From Tubiluchus corallicola (taxonomy: Eukaryota > Animalia > Priapulida): a stretch of 64,000 bases of DNA. This document shows, one piece after another, positions 53,169-64,000 of the stretch. Location: NCBI GenBank assembly GCA_030141605.1, contig JAQGDQ010001000.1, positions 1-64,000 on the forward strand, written 5' to 3'. Below the pieces are notes generated by a model that was not told where the DNA came from, ran no database searches, and was given only the letters and a program-made list of their open reading frames with translations. Within the stretch, counting starts at the first letter, position 1, and each line of letters starts with the position of its first letter. A program made the position numbers and the translations under genes.

Positions 53169-54434
53169 AAGTCTAGACATGTTTACCTTTTTCACATGAG
53201 AAATTATTGATTTTCAACGGTCACTCGGTGGTCAATGCTTGAATTTTCATTTGCAACAATTTTGCACTAATTTAGGACATAGTATTGTAGATTTACATGT
53301 GAAATGTCCTTTACGGTTGTTCAGATTTATCAAAATCGTAGCAGCTGACACAAATTTTCATACAAACTTCACATAAAAGAAAAAAATTCAAATTTAAATT
53401 TAAAATCTTTTTATCATTAATTGAAAACCGGAGGAGCAAAAATTTGTAATAATATAATGAAATTTTTTGAATACGTGGCATAATTTAAATTCCTCGTTTT
53501 ACAAGATAAAGCTAGAATTCGTAGGAAAGCCCAAAAAACAATAAAAAATGCATTTTTTCGCAAAGTTCTACTGTTACGGTTTACGAGCAAAACATTCAAT
53601 TTGGAACCGGATGATTTGTGTCCCATTTTCCTGTAAATCTTTACCATTTTGGTAATTTCTTTCCAAGCAGACAGACGCCAACCCAATGTGGTCACAATTC
53701 ATACGCAAGACAGCGTAACAAAAAACTCATCATTTCAAGACTAACGCTCGCAAAAACTCTTAGAGGAACATAAAAAAGGAGAGAGAACATCGGGTAGAAG
53801 AGGGAAGACAGCCCCCGGCTAGAAACACTTAAAAAGCGAGGAGGACTCTTGCCTCCTGCACACGTTGCTGTGGAAACGTTACTACAAATCCTAAACCACA
53901 TTACAGGACAAATCTTGAGTCTTTGTTCCGTAGAAAAGCACACCTTGCAATCAAACAAATTTAGAAGAATCACAAAAATTTTAAAATGTGGGACTGAATG
54001 ACCGTAACAACATGAGACGGCTATAAACACAAAGGAATTAGTGACAGATAGTAAAAATATTTTTAAGGATTAGTTGAGAATGTATGATAGAAGGCATACT
54101 AGTACTATTCTAGTATTAGAAAAAGCTTCACAACACTAAAAACATAAGAGAGTACCCCTTTTCAGAATTTATAAAAATATTTTGAGTAAGCGTCGTCAAC
54201 CAAAATCAATTATTGGACATTTCTGAGTTTGCCTGTAACTCAAGTCACCAATCAAAATTTTTATTGGCTATTTCTGAGTTTGTCTGTAACTCATTTAGCA
54301 CGTAAATCTTTCAAGTTTGCACGCAAATCTCTTGATACGGTTATAGTTTAGAAACTAACAGTGTCTTGAAAAATGTTTTATAACTTAAAAGTCAGTTCAA
54401 AACATTTTATACAGACATTCAAGATATTGGAACA

Positions 54435-54600
54435 CACTGCAGCTGAATGGTCCAAGTTACCGATCCAGAGATTTTGGGTTCGAATCCCACTCATATACAT
54501 ATTTTCCAGCAATTTACCACTCGAACAGGATTTTCTCAGTCAGTGTCGAGGCTTAAATAATCAGCAGTAATAAATGCTGTAACAATCTGACCCCGTGCTC
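54435..54600 (+). mobile_element. Degenerate tRNA-derived SINE
   Basis: gcagctgaatggtccaag...gggttcgaatccca: A and B boxes. Confidence 0.5.
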
Positions 54601-54687
54601 TATCAGAGCACCGGATGTTTTAAAAACAGCATTTAAAAAAACTTAAGGCAAAACAAAGCGCCAAGAAAGTATACATAGTCGTCACAC

Positions 54688-55196
54688 TTAAAGGAAAACT
54701 GGATGATTGTGTAAACACTAGTTCAGAATAAAGAATGCTCTAAAATATTGAAAACTACAATCGCCTTTTTTAAATCAAAGCTTAGATTAAACAATAATTA
54801 CCTCGGATAGTCAAATTTTGTTAAACTTTCAAAGTTACGCACGGCTCAGTGAATCTACTAAGATTGGTAACGGTGCCTTTTTGTCACGTTCGCGTGGCCG
54901 ACAAATAGAAGACGGTGCCATGATAACAATGTCATGAATTGCAGTGTTAGTATCTGACGTCATATGATGTAGAGCCCATGCAAACCGGCTTGATGCGCAA
55001 GGTGTTTGCCATTGCGCAAAGTGTGGTTAGTTTCTGACGTAAGCAATGGCTGTGTTTGGTTGTCGTTAATTAACTTTCTAAGCTAATTATCGAAATATAA
55101 GGAACAATTGTTAACTTATACAGGCAACAAAATGTATATTTTTGACAGTAAATTAAAATGAGATTGAGTGTAAACAATCATCCGATCTTCCTCTAA
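54688..55196 (+). mobile_element. Kolobok-like MITE family B, full length, 45 bp from the exon donor
   Basis: ttaaaggaaaactggatgattgtgtaaacac ... gtgtaaacaatcatccgatcttcctctaa; collinear with 44750-45308. Confidence 0.85.
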
Positions 55197-55241
55197 GAAA
55201 AGCAACAGCCATTGTCAAAGATGCTACAATCAAAGTCTCAC

Positions 55242-55618
55242 CTTCTAATGCATCTTCATGAACGTCTGGAGGTACCATCTCCAAGTCGTACCTGAATCCG
55301 GCCGCAGTGGCGTACGTGTTACCCGGCTCCCCTTCCATGAACAAAACCACCTGCCCTTTCCTTGACCGAAAACACCTGGTCAACTGGACGAAATGTTTCT
55401 CTTTGGGTGTCACTAGAACCCTAAGTTCACCGTCTTCCTCGATGTAAATCACAGCACCTCCGAAATGTTTGCCCGCCCTCAGGCATCCGTAAAAGTCACG
55501 AGCGGAAGGTAACTGGAGGGTGATCCGCAGTCCACCGGAGGGGTATGTCCACCGGACATGTCCAGCCGAACACTGAAAGTCAATCGGTTTCACCTCACCA
55601 AGGTCAGCAGGTAGCCCA
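55242..55618 (-). CDS. METRNL: Meteorin/meteorin-like protein, internal coding exon (N-terminal CUB-like domain)
   Basis: Translation GLPADLGEVKPIDFQCSAGHVRWTYPSGGLRITL...GCLRA...GGAVIYIEEDGELRVLV...RCF...VLFME...AGFRYDL closely matches the meteorin family pattern (C..G.V.W.YP.G.L, GA.IY.E..GELR.LV, GF.YEL). Acceptor TTTCTTTTTAG|T (phase 2), donor GAAG|GTGAGA (phase 1); 377 nt. The symbol denotes family membership; METRN versus METRNL cannot be resolved. Confidence 0.93.
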
Positions 55619-55730
55619 CTAAAAAGAAATAGCAACACATGATATCAGAAAGTTTCCAGATTCTGGAAATCAACAAGTAATGATCCGTTAGACTAGATGA
55701 CTTTCTGATGCCAAATGCAACCTAACACTA

Positions 55731-55731
<1 letters not shown>

Positions 55732-55799
<68 letters not shown>

Positions 55800-55920
55800 C
55801 ATCATCATCATCTTCATCACCATCATCATGATCATCATCATCGTCGTCGTCGTCGTCATCATCACCATCATCATCATCACAATCATCATCGTCGTCGTCG
55901 TCATCATCATCATCATTATT
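55732..55920. repeat. (ATT)n/(ATC)n/(GTC)n compound microsatellite
   Basis: Visible directly. Confidence 0.95.
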
Positions 55921-56098
55921 AATTAATTTATTTATTTACCTATTTATTTTATTTCAGACATTTACAGTCCATAGAACAAAAACAAATGTAAGTAAAAAGA
56001 CAGAGTTAGTTTACGGAAACACAGTAAGCCTACATACAAGAAAGAGTTAGTTAGAATGGGTAAATAAAATTCTTTGTCACGACTTGCAAATGTGCGAC

Positions 56099-56466
56099 CT
56101 AAAAATTGTATCAGTATTGTGCAGCAAGCTATTAATAACAGTATTCTGACTCAAAAACAGCCCACTTCTGAGACTAAACGCAGCTTTCTTACGTATGCAT
56201 GAAAAACTAGGTACATTGTATCTAAAATTGTATCAGTATCGTGCAACAAACTACTAATAACAGTATTCTGACTCAAAAACAGCCCACTTCTGAGACTAAA
56301 CGCAGCTTTCTTACGTATGCGTGAAAAACTAGGTACATTGTATCTAAAATTGTATCAGTATCGTGCAACAAACTACTAATAACAGTATTCTGACTCAAAA
56401 ACAGCCTACTTCTGAGACTAAACGCAGCTTTCCTACGTATACACGAAAAAAACTAGGCACATTGTA
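56099..56466. repeat. 122-bp tandem repeat, 3 units
   Basis: aattgtatcagtat at 56104, 56226 and 56348. Confidence 0.92.
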
Positions 56467-57924
56467 GCTAACATACATTTGCCTTTGCGCTACAGCGACT
56501 AGGAAGACTAAAGAGACCTCTAATAGCATTATTATAAATAAGTCGCAGTCTTTCAATGTTTACTTTATCGTGATTAAAGCAGTAACTGTGTACAAAACGG
56601 AAACATTGTATCACATTAGTACATTTTGCAGTATTGCACCACTCTCTCAGAATGAAAAATACTTAAGGCAAGGGTTTTCAACCAGGGGGAATTAAACCCA
56701 AGTGAAAAATTGGAATCACAAACCGACAAACTCAAACTATTGCAGTACTGAGTTTCTACATCTGTGCATAAACTCATTTGAACATTACACTGTTATGTGT
56801 TAAAGGCTAAAAGTTGCTCTAAAAACTACTAAATCTAAAATTTATTAATACAGAATCAGACGATCTTGGAAAAGAGGATGACCTTCTGACGTGTAGCAAA
56901 ATGGATGCACGGTTCGATGTACTAAAAACAGAACAAAACTTGGAAAAATGGGAGAATGACATTCGAACGTATGATGAAAAAGGAACACCGGGCAAAAAAG
57001 TTTGAGAACTAGAACATTAACATATGCGATATAAATAAAAAAGAATAAAGCCTGAGTATTATTAAGCAATAAAAAAGAATGGATTAGCAAATTGTATTGT
57101 AAATTACATATGACATCAAACTGATGTGCGATTTTATAGAAGAATATTTAGAAGATGATTTATTGATGTAGTAATCGCTGACTTTTTAGCTGATGCTCTG
57201 TAATTTTAATTTCTGTATACATTTTTATATTTTTGTAAATTTGTGTAGCTTTTACTAGTGCATGTAGTATTTCTTAGTTTTCAGTGCAAATTTTTAACTT
57301 TTATATAACATTTATTTTGAAATAAACTTTAAATGAAGAATAAAATAAATTAAGCAAAGCCTAGTTTGCAAAAAATAAGTTTGTTTTTAGATTTCAAATT
57401 TTAAGCATTTCAAAAAAAACTAAAGAAAATTTTAAGCTTCTCTTAAGTCTTTCACCTTTCGTCTTTAAGTCTTTGTTATGTTTTCGGTTTCACTGTAGTC
57501 AAAATGCATTCCAGAACGGAACACATACTAGTCGGTTACACACACAGCAAACTAAATTATTGATTTTTAGGCAATAAATGTAAAAACAAAAATCCATCTC
57601 TAATTCCAGGGTACAGAACTAGCATACACCAACACACCACACTGCCAGACCACAAAATGAGGATCCAGAGTTAGTGTCCTTAGTACTGCTTACAGTGGAC
57701 ATGTCTGAACACGAATGAAAGACAATATGGGTCGCCTTCCGGGGGTCCCCGAGAGCATCATTAGATCACCCCTGGATCAATTTATTACCATTTTGATGTT
57801 GCTCTGCGTTTTCATAGTGGCCAGCGTTCCCTGAACATGTATAAATTATCTTCACTTCTGTACTTCTTGAATTTTGTTATCTAGGACTGAGTAACTGCGT
57901 TTTGAACAATCCAATTCTACTTGC

Positions 57925-58263
57925 GGCGCATTCAGACTAGCAAGTTTTCTTGCCAAGTTAACTCACCGAGTAACTCGCAAGCGTGTTCAGACAAGATAGC
58001 AGAACTTGTTGACAGTTCTGACATCAGCAGACACTCACTTCTCTATTCACTGCCAGAGTAACTCACCGAGGCGTTCACACTAGACAGTAACTCACCCAGG
58101 CGTTCACACTAGACAGTAACTCACCGAGGCGTTCACACTAGACAGTAAATCAACTCGCAGCAACTGTCGGAGTTTGTAATAACTTGCCGGCAGTAACTCG
58201 CAAAGCAGTTTTTTCACTTGTGAAGTTACTGCCAGAGAGAAAGCTCTCTAGTCTGAACGCGCC
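57925..58263 (+). mobile_element. PIF/Harbinger-like MITE with an internal 29-bp triple repeat
   Basis: TIR ggcgcattcagactag / ctagtctgaacgcgcc followed by tta. gtaactcaccgaggcgttcacactagaca x3 from 58058. Confidence 0.75.
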
Positions 58264-58865
58264 TTTAGGATAACCAGACAACTGGGAATGGGCAAAGCAA
58301 CGATGTTACTTTGATGTACAAAAGAATGTGTAACTTGCACTAGTTATTCAGAGTGCAAAAAATGAATGTATCTGTAGAGAAAATATTCTTCCTGTCAGAG
58401 TTATGAAAGCAATCCTGTTAAACAACGTACGAAAACCTGGCACTATGAGAAAAAGATCAATTTCTGCTTCTTCAATAATTGTAATCACCATGAAGCACAG
58501 AAGTAAATGGCAATGAACAATCCGCTGATTATAACTCCGATATTGAAAGTTTCAACACATCTGTTTCGAAATATCTGTTTTTGTACGAAAGGCTCCATGA
58601 ATTCGTCTATGATTTTCGTTGTTTAGTTGCTGTTTTTTTACAGAGTTTGGCCCACGGTGCGCATTAAATCCACTTATGGACATCTGCTCAAATTATTAAT
58701 CGCTTCTGGCGGGTAGAACATAGCATATGTTTTGATTAAAGCTGTAATCTTAACTCATCAGGGTAACTTAATGCTGTGAGGGTAATGATGACTCATACGT
58801 GATTCTTGGGAAAGAGGAAAATCAGGCATAACAAATGTTTGACAACGAGTGAAAGTGGCCCATAG

Positions 58866-59610
<745 letters not shown>

Positions 59611-60563
59611 AAAGTACAGGAAGTGCGGGAACAAGGAACACGACCCGCAGCCCAAAACGAAGCACCTGTTTGCGCAAATCGCAAACTGCGCACACCTCGC
59701 CACACGCCTTCTCTTCTTTGCCTCCAATATAGCAAAGTCACCTGTGCGCACGCACACAATGACAAAACGCACAAATCATACCTTCAGAACGTAACACGTG
59801 TAATTTTCAACATTGTAATTATTACTAGCAGCACAACACACAGTGACGCCCCGGGGGTGTTCAAACACCAATCCTGCCCTCGTGTTGGCAGCCACAGAAA
59901 GGAGACGCTCTGGACAATGCCCTAACAAGAGCAGTGAAGCGATCTCAAAAACCCAAATCATGTAAATTGTTAGCAATTCACGAGTGAAATCTAAAATGAC
60001 AGGCGGTAGGAGATTTAATTAAGCAGATAACGTTAACGAAATACACATGCAAATGGGCGAAAATGCAAAATGGTCAAACTTGACAAGGGACGTGTGAGTC
60101 ATGCCTGGAACAAGGTCATAGATGACATTGAACAATAACACTGTATGAAATTAAAATTATGATACGAATTCCACACGTACGAAAATAAAAACTAATGCAA
60201 CACAACGGGCGCTACCTTTCGTAATATTACTGACGATCATTGCTTACATATGTTGATTATATGTATTGGCGTATCTGAGTACATGTAAATCTCTGCATTG
60301 GCGTATGACGAAAAAGTGGGGCGCCATCATTTCACAAAAAAGAAAAGCATTATAATGTAGTGTCCCTTAAATTACCTAGCTAACATATAATAATAATGCG
60401 TTTGATAAAATATTTAACGTATTTTAGAAGTAATATCAAGAAAAGTACTTTGAAAATAAAACTGAGAACTAAAGTTTATTGATTAAACTGGTCAAAAAAT
60501 GAGTTAATAGACCAAGGTATCGTTTCCATAAAACACCATTAATACGCACGTTTATTCTGGGAA

Positions 60564-60822
60564 TCCGTGTAAATAAGTCACAGGTTAAAAAGTCACAGGT
60601 TAAAAAGTCACAGGAAAAAGTCACAGGAAAAAAGGCACAAAAAAACTCACACAAAAAATGCACAGGAAAAAAGAGATAACCCTAAGCCTAACCTTAACCA
60701 CAACCCTAGCCAAAATTGTGATTTTTTTCCCTGTGACTTTTCCTGGCCCAAATTGTGATTTTTTTTCCTGTGGGTTTTTTCCTGTGACTTTATTATCGGC
60801 CACCTATTCTACAGACCTAACA
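60564..60822. mobile_element. Small non-autonomous DNA element with inverted subterminal repeats and a telomere-like core
   Basis: (aaaaagtcacagg)n on the left, (cctgtgactttt)n on the right; centre taaccctaagcctaaccttaaccacaacccta. Confidence 0.65.
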
Positions 60823-60892
60823 CTTCGCTTGTTTATCAACACATCAACTTTTCTCAAATGATAAAAATAAATGCAAAGTAAGAAATACCAGA

Positions 60893-61152
60893 CAGTTTAC
60901 CCTTGTGGTAACGCGCCCGCTTTCGGTCTGGGAGGTCGTGAGTTCGATAGAGCGGCTGGGTCATACCAAAGACTCTAAAAATGGTAACTGCTGTTGCCCT
61001 GCCTGGCGCGTGGTATTTAGGGCAAAAGTGGGGTAATAATAGTCACTGTTATGTAGTTGTAAGTTGTTATTTACAGTCGGCGATAATAGCTCTTTGAGCT
61101 AATGTTAATTGTTCACCCAAAAGCCGACTTTAAATAAAGATTATTATTATTA
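60893..61152 (+). mobile_element. tRNA-derived SINE with (TTA)n tail
   Basis: gtggtaacgcgcccgc...ggtcgtgagttcgat head, cataccaaagactctaaaaatggta...ccctgcctggcg body, aataaa + (TTA)n tail. Confidence 0.75.
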
Positions 61153-63589
61153 TACCACTATCTCAACACAACCGTGGCAAAAACAGATTTTTTTATCAAA
61201 TGTTACCAAAAGGCTCACAATCTTCAGGAGCCCCAAGCTGCAGCCGACACTAGCCTATATAGGATAGTTCTTCCCCGCGCCTAATCTTGCTCTTTAGTTA
61301 CCAGACGCAAGACTAGCTCACGTATTCATGACACGTGGCAAACTTCTCATATCAAGTTTGAAAAACGATTTATAACCACCGCGTACAATGGGACGAAACT
61401 CATTGCAATAAACATACAAACAACTCATCACTCGAGGCTCTGATTTGGAAAATTCCTCATTTTACAAGCGAATTTATCTTCCCGGGAAACGAGACGCGAG
61501 CCACGGAACAATTTTACAGACGCTCACAATTATAAATGTATGATTTATTACGCTTAGACAGCTACAAGCACCGAATTAATACAGAGCTAACCACCGACTT
61601 CGATAGGTAGAATCAATGGCGTAGCTAATATGGGGGACAAGAGGAGCAACTGCTCGCCATGAGCACATTTTTTAAATTGGCGCCCTTTCAACAATTTTTT
61701 AAACACTTTAGATCACTTGTGCGATGAAAACCGAGGTTTTTTATTTTTTCTAATCACAAGGCGTTGGAAGAATTTTCTGGAGTCACTACTACTTGATCAA
61801 CCTACCATACGTGTTCTTGAAAATTTAAGCAACCCATTTGTCAAGGTTGAGCTGGTTGAACCAAGGATCTAATTGGCCCAAATCTAATTAAGTTTAGGTT
61901 TATTTTAAATAAAAAAATATTAAAAATTATGATAATTTTTGTTGTCGATTTTGAATGCTCATTCTTCCAGCAATCACATCGTAGATCGACTGAAGAAAAG
62001 CTAATTTTGTGAAGTTTTAAAATTGGAATGATCGGAAAAATTGTGGAACTCGAACCCAAGATCTTCTGAATTCTGATCAGCTACGCTAATCATTATACCA
62101 CGAAGGCATTAAAGACAAGAAGCATAGGACTTTTTTCGTTCTTAGTACTGATTAGTCAACCCAAAAAACGAATGTTTTGCCCTAAAGTGTGTGTTGTTTT
62201 ACGCACACATCACATTTCAAAGTAAGTCACTTCAGTTTAATCACCTTAACCCCCCACCCCACCCCAACCGGTTAATTCCCCTCCCCTTATAAGCCTCATT
62301 TAAGAGAAGCTTCAATCACCAACCTGCAGTCAACCAAGAAACACGGGGATCAATTTCTTAAATTGGACGCTTAATCCAAGCGGTCTTTGGAAAATTGGAG
62401 GCAAAGTAAACAAATGCGGAGACAAAAACGTAAAGAAAATCCGCGTAAAGCTTCCCTGGGGGTAGACAGGACGGCAGAAAAATTAACCCTGGTTTTAATC
62501 TTTCTTTCATTCACTATCAAACTGTGCGAAGAAGACTGCTTTCAAACATCAAATATTCCACTAGAAGAGTTAAATTCAAATTTTAAATTTATTTATTTTT
62601 CTGTAGCGTAAAATTCATATAAATATTTGAAAAACATATAAAACAAATATTAAAATGACGATTTAAAACAGCTAAATGATACAAGATTTCACAAAGAAAT
62701 TAGTAAAATTAAAATTAAAATATAGAAAAAAAATTACTCCATATTCTAAAAGTCGTATGTAGTATTATAAACGGAAAAGGAGGTCTTTATAAGAAAGTGT
62801 TTATACCCAAACATCGATGAAAAGATATTTTTTAAAACAAATTCTCTAACAAAGACAACTTTTTCCGTTTGTAATTGATTTGCATGTAAAACACAAGACT
62901 CAACTTAATTATTTTGATCGTGTAATTTAATTACTTAATTAATCTTTAATTAGTTCTTATCAAGTTTTTATTACACTTCTGATTTATTTGGTCTGTAGGC
63001 GTTAGTATTTCAATTTTTTATTTTGCCTGTGTACAACTCATACTAACTCCTGTTTTGTGTATACTAAACGTTTTTTGTCATGATATATGGATGAGTTTGC
63101 GCAAAATAAAATTGAATTGAATTGATTTATCAAAGTTTAAGTCATACGAGGTGATGCGAAATACAATAAACTACGTTCATACCAAATTAGACGAATTTTC
63201 GTATTAGAAAATAAATATTTAAAATTATCAATGCTAATAATAGTTAAATACTAAATAATTAAATTTGCGGCACGTTTCAAAGCGACTTCGCGCTTAATGA
63301 ATTTAAACTAAGCTGAGATACAGAAAGCTAAAGAAATGGAAATGTTTTTAAACAGCCACGCGTGGTAAACATTAAAAGTGTATGCAACATTAAGCTTCAT
63401 CATAACTCTTTTCCACTCTTCAAACACTTAATCCCACATTGTGATTTAGTTGTATACCTATTGTTGTGAACATGTCAATACATGTAGCAATTTAATTCAA
63501 TTTGATGTGTTTCCTAAGACATTATAAGCGACAGGTCCTTGAATTTATTGCAATACGCTCACAATAGATCAACCCTACTATGGCTACCT

Positions 63590-63832
63590 CAATCATGCTG
63601 GATCAGCCCTAGTTTTGACGTTTCTCACCATCTAATCTAACTCCGTGTTTGAGCTCCAAGTGAACTACATCCACCTTAATCATACTGGATCCGCCCCCCG
63701 TCTTGACGATATCTCAGCATTTAACCTAACTCCCTGTGTTTCAGTTCCTACCGAAGTATATCCATCCTAATCATACTGGATCCGCCCCCCGTCTTGACGA
63801 TATCTCAGCATCTAATCTAACTCCCTGTGTTT
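63590..63832. repeat. ~90-bp tandem repeat, about 2.7 units
   Basis: taatcatactggatccgccccccgtcttgacgatatctcagcat at 63678 and 63768; diverged first unit at 63590. Confidence 0.85.
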
Positions 63833-64000
63833 AGCTGGAGGGAGCTGCTATTGTTGAAGGCTAATCTGTTGGACAAAACTGGGAGCAAAGCCCTTTGCAT
63901 TCAGCTCTGGGTTGAGGGCCAATTATTGTACATATAACTTAACATGGCTACTTATTAGAGCAAGTAAATAAGGCGTGCGTAAAGAGTTAATAAATCTAAT

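Noticed and set aside
57600-57660. Minus-strand LWSGS as the possible missing first meteorin exon
   Set aside because: No preceding Cys, no signal peptide and no phase-2 GT donor. I found no CxWxG-AG|GT match anywhere in 55619-64000.

Overview
AT-rich, repeat-dense, intron-rich animal DNA, probably invertebrate (inferred from the repeat landscape); it is not prokaryotic. One host gene is supported: a minus-strand meteorin/meteorin-like (METRN/METRNL-family) secreted protein. Three coding exons could be placed with canonical GT-AG sites and matching phases (55242-55618, 28925-28981, 9603-9913), separated by introns of about 26 kb and 19 kb. The signal-peptide exon was not found and probably lies beyond position 64000. 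The rest is intron or UTR filled with three TTAA-flanked Kolobok-like MITE families, Harbinger-, hAT- and Tc1-like MITEs, RTE and CR1/L2-type LINE remnants, tRNA-derived SINE heads, microsatellites and minisatellites. Notable structures are several fold-back inverted duplications, minisatellites born inside transposons, and a frame-preserving 57-nt exon with a UGCAUG-bearing minisatellite at its acceptor. I found no convincing new multi-gene system; most ORFs in the track are low-complexity artefacts. Repeat boundaries were read by eye and are approximate.
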